From an uncultured Trueperaceae bacterium (GTDB lineage Bacteria; Deinococcota; Deinococci; Deinococcales; Trueperaceae): DNA of 64,000 nt. A program made the position numbers and the translations under genes. The stretch is taken from contig CAVSGP010000005.1 of NCBI GenBank assembly GCA_963727505.1, positions 32,001 through 96,000 of the forward strand. Direction: 5' to 3'. Positions 1 through 10,215 of this stretch are shown piece by piece (the stretch's first letter is position 1; the number at the start of each line of letters is the position of its first letter). Below the pieces are notes generated by a model. It searched no databases, was not told the DNA's origin, and saw nothing but the letters and a program-made list of their open reading frames with translations.

Positions 1-793
1 GCAGGGCGTCCAGGTCGTCGACGCGCTGTCCGGTGACGATCTCGCCGCCGTGGGCGACGATCTCGGCTGCGAGCGCGTCGGCGATGGCCTGCGAGCCGCC
101 CCGCGCCAACGGCCAGCCGACCGCGTGCCCCGCCGCCGCCAGCACCACGGCGGGCGCGCTGCTCAACGGAGCCTCGAGCGGCAGCATGCCGTGGGCGGCG
201 AGGCCGGCCCAGAGCGCGCGGGCGGGCTCGTCCGCGAAGCTGCGACGCGCCAGCCAGCGCGCCGCAGGGAGCGCGCGCAGGCCGAAGCGAGCGTAGCCGA
301 GCGGGGCTCTCGGCCAATGCAGAGGGGGCGCCAGTACGTCCGGAGCGAGCGCCTCCCAGTGCTCGGCCAGCGGCGCGACCAGCGCCCGGTAGGCCGCGCC
401 GTCGCGGCCCAGGTGCGTGGCGGTTGCGGCCAGATCGCGTTCCAACACGGCCGCGCGCCCGCCGTCGAGCGGGTGGGCGAGCGGCGCCGGCGGCTGGATC
501 CAGGTGAGTCCGTGACGCTCGAGCGCCAGCGAGCGCAGCGCCGGCGAGCCGACGGCCAGCGGGTGGACCGCCGCGCACACGTCATGCGCGAAGCCGGGCA
601 AGGTCAGCGCGTCGGTGCGGGTGCCGCCCCCGACGCGCTCCTGCGCCTCGAGCACGAGGACGCGCCAGCCTTCGCGCGCCAGCAGCGCGGCCGCGGTGAG
701 GCCGTTGGGGCCCGAGCCGACCACGATGGCGTCGAAGCGGGGCGCTCGCCTGCCAGCGGCGCCGCTCGCGGCCCGCGAGCGAGCGGCTCTCAC
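1..793 (-). CDS. Phytoene dehydrogenase-like FAD-dependent oxidoreductase (COG1233), runs off the left edge
   Basis: Not in the ORF track because no stop lies in the window. Manual translation from GTG at 793 gives ...[38 protein letters not shown]...[15 protein letters not shown]...[16 protein letters not shown], i.e. the Rossmann GxGxxG motif plus typical family motifs. Confidence 0.85.
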   Translation of the reverse strand, partial: MRAARSRAASGAAGRRAPRFDAIVVGSGPNGLTAAALLAREGWRVLVLEAQERVGGGTRTDALTLPGFAHDVCAAVHPLAVGSPALRSLALERHGLTWIQPPAPLAHPLDGGRAAVLERDLAATATHLGRDGAAYRALVAPLAEHWEALAPDVLAPPLHWPRAPLGYARFGLRALPAARWLARRSFADEPARALWAGLAAHGMLPLEAPLSSAPAVVLAAAGHAVGWPLARGGSQAIADALAAEIVAHGGEIVTGQRVDDLDAL

Positions 794-803
794 GTTCCTG
801 TGC

Positions 804-1682
804 TCACCGTCCGTCGCTCGCCTCCCAGCGCAGCGTGTGCCCGTCGCGACGCACGCGCTGCGCCCCGCGGATGTGGCTGAAGACCACGCGCGCCCCCTCT
901 CGCGCGGCGCGTTCCATCAGCGCCGCCTTGCTGGCCCGCATCGCCTCCTGGTCGACCCACACCACGTTGCGTGCGCTCTCGCGGAACTCGATGGGGTGAT
1001 GGTAGAGATCTCCGGCTGCGTACACCACGTCGTCGCCGAGCTGGGCGCGCGCCAGCAGGTGCCCCGGCGACTCGCCGGGGGCGGGCACCAGGCTCAACCC
1101 GCCGCCCAGATCGACATCGTCCAGAGCGATATCGCCCAGATCGACATCGTCCGGGTCGCGATCCCCAGGACTCGTGTCGTCCGAGACCGAGCCGCCGCGC
1201 TCTACCACCGCATCGATCAGCGTCAACAGTCCGGCACGCTCCACCACCAGCAGGTCCTCGCGCGCCATCGACGCGAAGGCCTCCGGGTCCCACTCGGCGC
1301 GGCCGAGGAGATGCCGGGCCCGCGGGAAGGCGGGCGAGCGCTCGGGCCCGTCGCCGCGGGCCAGCGCCCCCAGGTGGTCGAAGTGGGCGTGGGTGATGAC
1401 CACGTCGGTGACGTCCGAGGGATCGATGCCGGCCGCGCGGAGCTGCTCGAGCAGCGGAGGCGGCGCCTCGTACTCGGGCAAACGGTAGTCCTCCGGCGTC
1501 GACGCCGCGTCGTAGCTCGGCGCGTCGACCAGCACCGAACGGCCCGGCAGGGCGAGGTGGTAGGCCAGGACCGGCAACGCCACCACCTGCGCCGCGGGGT
1601 GCCCGGCCGGGAGCGCGTACGGCGTCCGGAGGTCGAAGCGGAGTTGGGCGATCTCGAGCGGTGTGACCCGCACCTGCTGCAT
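804..1682 (-). CDS. MBL-fold metallo-hydrolase (AHL-lactonase-like)
   Basis: THAHFDH motif, PGESPGH and AGDL motifs. ATG at 1682 is preceded by AGGAGG. Confidence 0.8.
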   Translation of the reverse strand: MQQVRVTPLEIAQLRFDLRTPYALPAGHPAAQVVALPVLAYHLALPGRSVLVDAPSYDAASTPEDYRLPEYEAPPPLLEQLRAAGIDPSDVTDVVITHAHFDHLGALARGDGPERSPAFPRARHLLGRAEWDPEAFASMAREDLLVVERAGLLTLIDAVVERGGSVSDDTSPGDRDPDDVDLGDIALDDVDLGGGLSLVPAPGESPGHLLARAQLGDDVVYAAGDLYHHPIEFRESARNVVWVDQEAMRASKAALMERAAREGARVVFSHIRGAQRVRRDGHTLRWEASDGR

Positions 1683-1791
1683 GACGGCCTCCTGTGGCCG
1701 CATGATACGCACCGACCCACTGCGCGCTGAAGGCCGAGCCGTTCCGGCGGCGGAGCGCGGCCCCGGCGGAACCGTCGGCTGCAGCGCGGCG

Positions 1792-2532
1792 TCAGACCAG
1801 GGTGCGACCGCCGTCGACGTAGAGGACCTGACCGGTGACGAAGCCGGCATGGCGGGACGCCAGGAACAGCGCGGGCCCGACCAGTTCGTCGGGGGTTCCC
1901 AGCCTGCCCGCCGGGACCAGTGAGGTGAGCTGCTCGCGGCGGTCGCCTTGCTCCAGGTAGGCACGCGTGAGATCGGTCTCGGTGTAGCCGGGCGCGATGG
2001 CGTTGACCGTGATGCCTTCGGACGCGACCTCGTGCGCCAGGACCCGGGCGAGCTGGTTGAGCCCGCCCTTGCTTGCGGCGTAGGGACCGTGGTGCTGGTG
2101 GGCGAGCACAGAGGAGACCGAGGAGAAGAACAGGATGCGCCCGCTGCGCTGGGTCCGCATCACCGGCAGCGTGGCGCGCACGAGCCAGAACGCGCTCGAC
2201 AGGTTGGTGTTCAGAATGGCGTTCCAATCGTCGTCGTCGCAGGCCTCGAGCGGCTTGCGGCGGTTGATGCCGATGGCGTGAACCAGCACGTCCAGGCCGG
2301 CAAGACGGTCCACGGCAGCCGTCACCGTCGCGCGGCAGGCCTCGGGCGACCCGGCGTCCATCTCGAGCACGGACATGCCGTGGGTGCGGGCCTCGGCGAG
2401 CCGCGCAGGATCGCGATCGGCCACCACGACCGCGCTGCCGGCGGCAGCGAAGCCCCGGGCCACCGCCAGGCCGATCCCACCGGCACCGGCCACGAGCACG
2501 CGCGCCCCCTCCAGGCCGAGCCAGGAGCTCAT
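1792..2532 (-). CDS. SDR-family oxidoreductase (gluconate 5-dehydrogenase/KduD-like)
   Basis: AGAGGIG, YAASK and NAIAPG motifs. ATGA overlap with the upstream stop at 2529-2532. Confidence 0.88.
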   Translation of the reverse strand: MSSWLGLEGARVLVAGAGGIGLAVARGFAAAGSAVVVADRDPARLAEARTHGMSVLEMDAGSPEACRATVTAAVDRLAGLDVLVHAIGINRRKPLEACDDDDWNAILNTNLSSAFWLVRATLPVMRTQRSGRILFFSSVSSVLAHQHHGPYAASKGGLNQLARVLAHEVASEGITVNAIAPGYTETDLTRAYLEQGDRREQLTSLVPAGRLGTPDELVGPALFLASRHAGFVTGQVLYVDGGRTLV

Positions 2533-3413
2533 GTGGGCACCGTCGAACGGAGCCGCCAAACGTTCAGCGTGACCACGTCCTGGCCGCCGACGACGGCGCT
2601 GTGGACCGTGCCGCCGGGGATGAGCAGCACATCGCCGGGGTGCAGCGCGAAGCTGCGGCCGCCGACGTCGAAGCGCAACTCGGCGCCGGAGAGCAGCATC
2701 GTGAGCTGGTCCTCGGGATGGGCGTGCTCCTGCCATACGGCCCCAGCCGCGTAGCGGTACGTCGTGACCGTCAGATCGCGCGTCTCCACGTTGGCTCCAT
2801 CGACCCCGGGTCGGACCGGCGCGAACGCCTGCTCGGCGGGACGGAAGCTGGTCGGCAGGCTGGCGGCGCGTTCGGCGTCGAGGCGAAAGAGGGGGTTGCC
2901 GCCCAGCGCGACGGCGAGCCGATTCGCCTCGTCCGCCAGGTGGTCGCGCTGCAAGAGTGCCGCGCCGCGCTTGTCGTGGGCGACACAGGCGGCGAGGATC
3001 GCTGCGTGTTGGTCGCCGTTGGCGCCGAGCGATGGCGCGACGTCGGCGGGGAGCAGCGCCGGTCCATAGCGGTTCGCGTCGTCCCAGAGGGTCGTCGCGA
3101 GCTTAAGCCAGCGGTCCGAGAGGCAGGCGGCGTAGAGCGCCAGGTGGAACCCGCGGTGGGCGTCCTGCGCGGCGTCGAGGTCGCCCTGCGCTTCGGCGGC
3201 CGCCTGCCGGTCGAGCCAGGCGCGCGCGGCGGCAGCGTCCTCGTTGGTGAAGGCGCTTGCGGCTTGTGCGAGGACCTCGGGCTCGAGGAGCAGGCGGGCA
3301 TCGTAGAGGTCTCGAAGGTCGGCGAGCGTCTGCGTCGCCGCGTCTCGTGGATCGCCAATGTCCGGCGGGGCGTCTTGGGATGGGAGCACGATGTCACCGA
3401 GTCTACGGCGCAC
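2529..3413 (-). CDS. FCD (GntR ligand-binding) domain fused to a C-terminal cupin, with no N-terminal HTH
   Basis: LRDLYDARLLLE, HRGFHLAL, QHAAILAA and RDHL give the FCD pattern, followed by cupin EHAHPEDQ...PGDVLLIPGGTVHS. GTG start preceded by GGAGG; start uncertain. Confidence 0.7.
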   Translation of the reverse strand: MRRRLGDIVLPSQDAPPDIGDPRDAATQTLADLRDLYDARLLLEPEVLAQAASAFTNEDAAAARAWLDRQAAAEAQGDLDAAQDAHRGFHLALYAACLSDRWLKLATTLWDDANRYGPALLPADVAPSLGANGDQHAAILAACVAHDKRGAALLQRDHLADEANRLAVALGGNPLFRLDAERAASLPTSFRPAEQAFAPVRPGVDGANVETRDLTVTTYRYAAGAVWQEHAHPEDQLTMLLSGAELRFDVGGRSFALHPGDVLLIPGGTVHSAVVGGQDVVTLNVWRLRSTVPT

Positions 3414-3491
3414 CCCTCCGCCCTTCGGGCAGCTGCGCTCGAGACGGGTAGAACCGGCACAGGCACGGCACGTGTTGGCCACGGGACAACG

Positions 3492-3525
3492 CGAGGAGGC
3501 CGCCCTTTCTCGGGCGGCCTCCTCG
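3492..3525 (-). terminator. Stem-loop downstream of the aldo/keto reductase gene
   Basis: Perfect 14-bp inverted repeat cgaggaggccgccc / gggcggcctcctcg with a 6-nt loop; weak U-tract. Confidence 0.65.
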
Positions 3526-3549
3526 TCGCGGTCGCTGACGTGGTGCGAT

Positions 3550-4536
<987 letters not shown>

Positions 4537-4785
4537 GCTGCCTCCTTCGTCGGTCGTGACGATGCGCGTTGCTACGTTCGAAGGGTCCATCCTGCGGAGA
4601 GGGAGCGCGACGCCTCCCTGTGTCCCCATCTTGGGCGTCGATCGCCGGCGGCCATGTTCCGCCGGCCACGGACCTCGGGAGCCGCCGCCGCGCTACCCTC
4701 GCGTCGCACACGAGATGCGAGACTGCGACCCGTGCCGCCGCCGGGGACGAGGCCCGGCCGGCGCAACGGGAGAGGAGCCCTCACC

Positions 4786-5943
4786 GTGCCGCTGCGCGCT
4801 CGCTCGCCGCTCACCCTGGTGCTGGCCGCTTTCACGGGCATCTCGGTCGCCAATCTCTACTACACGCAGCCCCTGCTCGACACGCTCGGTCGGAGCTTCG
4901 GCCTGCCGGGCGGCAGCGCCGGCTTGATCGTCACCGTGACGCAACTCGGCTACGCCGCCGGGCTGGTGCTCGTCGTGCCGCTGGGCGACCTGGTGGACCG
5001 GCGCCGCCTGGTGTCGGGTGTGTCGGTGCTCACCGCCCTCGCGTTGCTGGGTGCGGCGCTGGCGCCGAGCTTCGCCCTGTTCCAGCTCGCCAGCCTGGCG
5101 ATCGGACTCACCGCCGTCGTCGCCCAGGTGCTGGTGCCCTTCGCCGCCCACCTGGCTGCCGACGCCGACCGGGGGCGGGTGGTGGGCCGGGTCATGACCG
5201 GGCTGCTGCTCGGGGTGCTGTTGGCGAGGGTCGTCGCGGGTGTCGTCTCCGACGCCCTGGGCTGGCGCGCGCTGTTCGGCGTCGCCGCCGGCCTCATGGT
5301 GGTGCAGGCGGTCGTGCTGGGGCGGCTGCTCCCCGCCGGGCGGGGCGAGGCGCGCATGAGCTATCCCGCGCTGTTGCGTTCGGTGGGGCGGTTGGTGCGC
5401 GAGGAACCGCTGCTGCGCCGCCGCGCCCTCTACGGCATGAGCGTGTTCGGGGCCTTCAGCGTTCTGTGGACGGGGCTGCCGTTCCTGCTGGCGCGGCCGC
5501 CTTACAGCTACGGCGACACCGTCATCGGGATGTTCGGCCTGCTGGGCGTGGCCGGCGCGCTCATGGCGTCGTTCGCCGGTCACCTGCACGACCGCGGGCG
5601 CACGCACATCGGCACCGGCGTCTTCCTAGCGGTCGTGGCGGGCGCGTTCGTGCTGATGGGGGCGCTTCCGCACCTGCTGCCCGTGGTTGTGGCGGGCGTG
5701 GTGCTGCTCGACCTGGGGACGCAAGGAACCCACGTCCTCAACCAGAGCACCATCTACGCGCTCCGGCCCGAGGCGCGAAGCCGCCTCACCACCGCCTACA
5801 TGACCGCGTTCTTCCTGGGGGGCGCGCTGGGCTCGGCCGCCGCCGCGCTGGCGTTCTCGCGCTTCGGCTGGACCGGCGTGACGGTGGCCGGTGTCGCCTT
5901 CGGCGCCGTCGGACTGGGCGCGTGGCTGACCCGGCGACGCTGA
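4786..5943 (+). CDS. MFS transporter
   Basis: ANLYYTQPLL, PLGDLVDRRRL (motif A) and about 12 hydrophobic segments. GTG start after AGGAG. Confidence 0.88.
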   Translation: MPLRARSPLTLVLAAFTGISVANLYYTQPLLDTLGRSFGLPGGSAGLIVTVTQLGYAAGLVLVVPLGDLVDRRRLVSGVSVLTALALLGAALAPSFALFQLASLAIGLTAVVAQVLVPFAAHLAADADRGRVVGRVMTGLLLGVLLARVVAGVVSDALGWRALFGVAAGLMVVQAVVLGRLLPAGRGEARMSYPALLRSVGRLVREEPLLRRRALYGMSVFGAFSVLWTGLPFLLARPPYSYGDTVIGMFGLLGVAGALMASFAGHLHDRGRTHIGTGVFLAVVAGAFVLMGALPHLLPVVVAGVVLLDLGTQGTHVLNQSTIYALRPEARSRLTTAYMTAFFLGGALGSAAAALAFSRFGWTGVTVAGVAFGAVGLGAWLTRRR

Positions 5944-5972
5944 GCGCGCGCCGGCCACGGGGGGACGTGAGA

Positions 5973-5986
5973 TGTGAACGTTCAGG
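5973..5986. promoter_or_regulatory. Putative LacI-type operator
   Basis: TGTGAACGTTCAGG, a CG-centred palindrome nearly identical to the site at 21631. Confidence 0.55.
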
Positions 5987-6060
5987 GCCGGGCCGGTGCC
6001 GCCCTGGGCGAAGCTGGTGCGGTTCCGGTGGCTCCTTGACGCGTTTTCGGCCAGGTGCTA

Positions 6061-6074
6061 TTTTAACGCTAACA
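6061..6074. promoter_or_regulatory. Putative LacI-type operator next to a likely -10 (TATTTT)
   Basis: TTTTAACGCTAACA upstream of the sugar ABC operon. Confidence 0.6.
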
Positions 6075-6188
6075 TTCGCTTTCAGGTGAGGTTCCCCGAG
6101 CGTCTTGACGTCGGCCGGCGGGCATCCGGTCCGGGGCACGGCGTAGGACTAGAACGCTTCTCGTAGCTTCTCGTAGGGGGTTGGTTCC

Positions 6189-7190
6189 ATGAAGAAGTTC
6201 GTCGTTTCGGTAGCCGCGCTCGCGCTCGTCGCGGGGCTGTCGCTTGCCAGCGCACAGGACAAGGCGCCGGTGGGTCAGCAGTTCTGCAAGGGCGTGAACA
6301 TCACGTTCTTCCCCGGCGGCCCGGAGGGCGGCCCCTTCGCGTCGACCGTCTACCGCGGCGCCAAGGCAGCCCAGGACCTCACCGGAGCCAGCGTCGACTA
6401 CGTGTGGTCCAACTGGATCCCAAGCACCATGGTGGCGCAGTTCAAGAATGCCGTCGCCCGGCAGCCCGACGGCATCGCCGTGATGGGGCACCCCGGTGAC
6501 GCCGCGCTCGACCCCCTGATCCAGGACGCGGAGAAGGCGGGCATCATCGTCACCTCGCAGAACACCACGCTGCCCAAAGCCGAGCAGGAGTACAAGGCCC
6601 AGGGCTTCGGCTACGTCGGCCAGGAGCTTTACCAGTCGGGCGTCATGGTCGCCCAGGGGGCCGCCAAGATCGCCAACCTCCAGAAGGGCGACCGCGTCAT
6701 GGTGTGGGGCCTGCTGAGCCAGGGCACGCGTGGCCAGCGCACCGCTGGCGCGGTTGACACGCTCAAGAAGATGGGCATGCAGGTCGACTACATCGAGATC
6801 TCCGACGCCGTGAACAGTGACCCCTCGCAGGGCACTTCGGTGATCGGCGGCTACATCGCCGCCCACCCCGACGTGAAGTTGATCGTCGTCGACCACGGCG
6901 CCCTCACCGCCACTATCCCCACCTACCTGCAGGCGGCGGGCGTGAAGCCAGGCCAGATCACCATGGCGGGCTTCGACATGACCCCGGCCACCGTCAGCGG
7001 CATCAAGGAGGGCTACATCAGCGTCGTCCTCGACCAGCAGCCGTGGCTCCAGGGCTTCCTGCCGATCATGCAGATTTGCCTCACCAAGCAGTACGGCTTC
7101 TCCGGCCTGCACATCGACACCGGGGGCGCCCTCGTCACCAAGGACAACATCGACAAGATCGCGTCGCTCGTCGACCAGGGCATCCGCTAG
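6189..7190 (+). CDS. Monosaccharide ABC transporter substrate-binding protein (RbsB-like)
   Basis: Signal peptide ending ASAQ; PDGIAV, AGFD and LDQQPWLQG motifs. Confidence 0.9.
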   Translation: MKKFVVSVAALALVAGLSLASAQDKAPVGQQFCKGVNITFFPGGPEGGPFASTVYRGAKAAQDLTGASVDYVWSNWIPSTMVAQFKNAVARQPDGIAVMGHPGDAALDPLIQDAEKAGIIVTSQNTTLPKAEQEYKAQGFGYVGQELYQSGVMVAQGAAKIANLQKGDRVMVWGLLSQGTRGQRTAGAVDTLKKMGMQVDYIEISDAVNSDPSQGTSVIGGYIAAHPDVKLIVVDHGALTATIPTYLQAAGVKPGQITMAGFDMTPATVSGIKEGYISVVLDQQPWLQGFLPIMQICLTKQYGFSGLHIDTGGALVTKDNIDKIASLVDQGIR

Positions 7191-7221
7191 CCGCTCGCCT
7201 GGCGAGCCGGACGGGAACCGC

Positions 7222-8001
7222 ATGACGGAAACGGCCACCATGAACGCCTCTGAGCTCCTGAAGCTCAGAGGCGTTCACAAATCCTTCGGACGCGTCAACG
7301 TCCTGCGCGGCATCGACTTCGACGTCGGCAGCAACGAGATCGTGGGGCTGGTCGGCGACAACGGCGCGGGCAAGTCGACGCTGATCAAGATCATCACGGG
7401 CGTCCACCGGCCCAGCAGCGGGGAGATCTTCTACAAGGGCGAGCGCATCACCATCCACTCCGTCAGGCGCTCGCGCGAGCTCGGCATCGAGACCGTCTAC
7501 CAGGAGCGCGCCCTGGGCGACCAGCAGACCCTGTGGCGCAACATGTTCGTGGGCCGCGAGATCGCCAACTGGGCGGGCTTCATCGACGTCAAGAAGGAGA
7601 AGCGGGAGACCGAGCGTTTGTTGCGCGACCACATGGGCTTCACCTCCAAGGCCATCGACACCGACTCGACGGTGATGTTCCTCTCCGGCGGAGAGAAGCA
7701 GGGCATCGCCATCGGCCGTGCGTTGCACTTCAACGCCGACCTCATCATCCTCGACGAGCCCACGATGGGCCTGTCGCTGTCCGAGACCCAGAAGGTCCTG
7801 GCCTTCGTGGGCGACATCAAGAGCCAGGGCAAGTCCGCCATCGTCATCAGTCACAATATGTTGCAGGTCTACCCGGTCGTCGATCGCTTCGTGGTCCTCG
7901 ACCGCGGCCAGATCGCCGCGGAATTCCCCAAGTCCGAGGTGACGCAGGAGGAGTTGACCGAGCGCATGGTCCGGCTCGCTCGCACGGGGAAGCTCACATG
8001 A
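7222..8001 (+). CDS. Sugar ABC transporter ATP-binding protein
   Basis: GDNGAGKS, LSGGEKQ, ILDEPT and ISH motifs. Confidence 0.93.
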   Translation: MTETATMNASELLKLRGVHKSFGRVNVLRGIDFDVGSNEIVGLVGDNGAGKSTLIKIITGVHRPSSGEIFYKGERITIHSVRRSRELGIETVYQERALGDQQTLWRNMFVGREIANWAGFIDVKKEKRETERLLRDHMGFTSKAIDTDSTVMFLSGGEKQGIAIGRALHFNADLIILDEPTMGLSLSETQKVLAFVGDIKSQGKSAIVISHNMLQVYPVVDRFVVLDRGQIAAEFPKSEVTQEELTERMVRLARTGKLT

Positions 8002-8022
8002 GCCCGCTGCCGGGAGGCTGCC

Positions 8023-9030
8023 ATGGCTGACGCGCCCGAACCGTCTGTCGACGCGGCCGACACGAAGCCGGCTCGGCCGCGCTTCCGCATCCGTTCGACG
8101 CTCGAGACCGGCATCTTCATCGTGTTCATCCTGGTCTGGGCGATCTTCCTGATCGGCAACCCGCGGGTCTTCACAGGGCCCCATATCTACTATTCGCTGA
8201 TGTCGACGGTCCCCTTCATCGGCATCCTGGCGCTATCGGTCACCCTCGTGGTCATCCTTGGCGAGATGGACCTGTCCTTCCCGTCGGTGCTGGGCATCAG
8301 CTCCTGGGTGTTCGCAACCACCTTCGCGGCCACCCACAACCTGCTCATATCGTGCATCGCGGGGCTCGCCGCCGGCATCGCCTGCGGCTGGGTGAACGCC
8401 ATCCTGGTGGTGAACATCGGCATCCCTTCCCTGGTGGCCACCATCGGCACCATGTTCCTGTTCCGCGGCCTCACCAACGTAGTCGCGGCGGGCAACGGCA
8501 TCGCCCTGTCCGCGGCACGCGGCCACTTCCTCTACCAGGTCGCGGTCGGGCGGCTGTTCGGCGTCATCCCTGCGCAGGCGATCTGGATGCTGGGGCTGGG
8601 GGTGGTGTTCTGGTTGCTGCTCAACCGGCACCGCTTCGGCGGGCATCTGCTGTTCGTCGGCGACAACCCCGAGAGCTCGCGCATGATGGGCATCAACGTC
8701 AACCGCGTGAAGTCCATCGCCTTCATCCAGGTGGGCTTCTTCGCCGCGCTGGTGGGGATCCTCTCCACCCTCGAAGTGACGTACTTCTGGCCCAACCAGG
8801 GCACCGGATACCTGCTGACGGCGCTGGCCGCGGTGTTCGTGGGTGGCACCTCCGTCTTCGGCGGCATGGGCACCATCCTCGGGACCTTCCTCGGCGCGCT
8901 GATCATCGGCTCGCTGGAGGCCGGCATCGTGGCCATCGGTCTCACCGGCTTCTGGACGCAGCTCATCTACGGCGGCATCATCACCATCTCGGTGTCGATC
9001 TACGCCTTGCTGATGCGACGGCCCCGATAG
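8023..9030 (+). CDS. Sugar ABC transporter permease (RbsC-like)
   Basis: GEMDLS, GDNPESSRMMGI and AAVFVGGTSVFGG motifs. Confidence 0.92.
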   Translation: MADAPEPSVDAADTKPARPRFRIRSTLETGIFIVFILVWAIFLIGNPRVFTGPHIYYSLMSTVPFIGILALSVTLVVILGEMDLSFPSVLGISSWVFATTFAATHNLLISCIAGLAAGIACGWVNAILVVNIGIPSLVATIGTMFLFRGLTNVVAAGNGIALSAARGHFLYQVAVGRLFGVIPAQAIWMLGLGVVFWLLLNRHRFGGHLLFVGDNPESSRMMGINVNRVKSIAFIQVGFFAALVGILSTLEVTYFWPNQGTGYLLTALAAVFVGGTSVFGGMGTILGTFLGALIIGSLEAGIVAIGLTGFWTQLIYGGIITISVSIYALLMRRPR

Positions 9031-9104
9031 GGGCGTGCAGCGGTAGGCTGGGAGGCGATGAGCGTCCTCCCAGCCTGCGCCGTTCGTGTCCACCCTCTCC
9101 CGAC

Positions 9105-10163
9105 ATGAGGGCCGCTCGCCTCTACGGCGCCCGTGACGTGCGGGTCGATGACGTCCCCGAGCCGGCGGCGCCGGGGCCCGGCGAGGTGGTGGTGGAGGTG
9201 GGCTCGGTGGGGGTGTGCGGCTCCGACATCCATACCTACCTCGACGGGCGCATCGGCGACACGCCGGTGCCGGAACCTCTCGTCCTCGGCCATGAGTTCA
9301 TGGGCACGGTGATCGCTGCCAGCGAGGACGCCCGCGACGGCGGCCACCGGCCGCTGGCGCTTGGCACCCGGGTGGCGGTGGACCCCAACATCCCCGACAT
9401 CAACCACGAGCAGTACGAGCTCGGCAACCCCAACCTGGCGGTGAAGGCCTTCCTCGGGCTCTACCCGACCGACGGCGGGCTGCAGGAGCGCATCCGGGTG
9501 CCCGCGCGCATCTGCTTCCCGGTGCCGGATGCGCTGTCGGGCGACGCTGCGGCACTGCTCGAGCCCCTCGGTGTGGCGCTCCACAGCGTCGACCTCGCGC
9601 ATCTCGACCTGGGGGACGCGGTCGCGGTGCTGGGGTGCGGGCCCATCGGTCTGCTCATCCAGCGGCTGGCGCGGCTCTCCGGCGCACGGCAGGTGCTCGG
9701 CTTCGACCGCTTCCCCTGGCGCGTGGCGAAGGCGCGCGAGTGGGGCGCCAGCGAAGCGCACCTCATCGAGGACCCCAGGGATGCGATCGCCGTAGTGGAG
9801 GGGGCGACCGGCGGCCGGGGGGTGGACGTGGCGATCGAAGCCGCCTGGGCGGACGAGAGCGTGGCGGTGGCGGCCGAGGTCACGCGTCTGGGAGGGCGCC
9901 TGGTGCTGGCCGGCATCCCCGGCGACGACCGCCTCGCCCTCAAGCACTCCACCGCACGACGCAAGGGGCTGACGCTGCGCCTCGTCCGCCGCATGAAGCA
10001 TGCCTACCCGCGGGCGCTGGCGCTGGCCGCGTCGGGAGCGGTGCCGCTGGACGAGCTGGTGTCGCACCGCTACCCGCTGCAACAGGCGGCCGAGGCCTTC
10101 GCCGCCAACGCCCGCTACGACGAGGGCGTGTGCAAGGTGATGGTGGAGGTTGCGGCCAGCTGA
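9105..10163 (+). CDS. Zinc-binding polyol (sorbitol/iditol-type) dehydrogenase
   Basis: GVCGSDIH, GHE, LLEPLG and GCGPIG motifs. Real start MRAARLYG lies inside the 8352..10163 ORF. Confidence 0.88.
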   Translation: MRAARLYGARDVRVDDVPEPAAPGPGEVVVEVGSVGVCGSDIHTYLDGRIGDTPVPEPLVLGHEFMGTVIAASEDARDGGHRPLALGTRVAVDPNIPDINHEQYELGNPNLAVKAFLGLYPTDGGLQERIRVPARICFPVPDALSGDAAALLEPLGVALHSVDLAHLDLGDAVAVLGCGPIGLLIQRLARLSGARQVLGFDRFPWRVAKAREWGASEAHLIEDPRDAIAVVEGATGGRGVDVAIEAAWADESVAVAAEVTRLGGRLVLAGIPGDDRLALKHSTARRKGLTLRLVRRMKHAYPRALALAASGAVPLDELVSHRYPLQQAAEAFAANARYDEGVCKVMVEVAAS

Positions 10164-10215
10164 GCACCGTGGATTCGGTCGACCCGCTGGAGGCGGTTCA
10201 GCAGCGCGGGGCGGT

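Noticed and set aside
1..793. Carotenoid biosynthesis cluster (crtI)
   Set aside because: Matches the generic COG1233 subgroup; no other crt genes are visible and the gene is truncated by the window edge.
6156..6175. 10-bp tandem duplication GCTTCTCGTA before the SBP RBS
   Set aside because: Only two copies and no functional inference is supportable.
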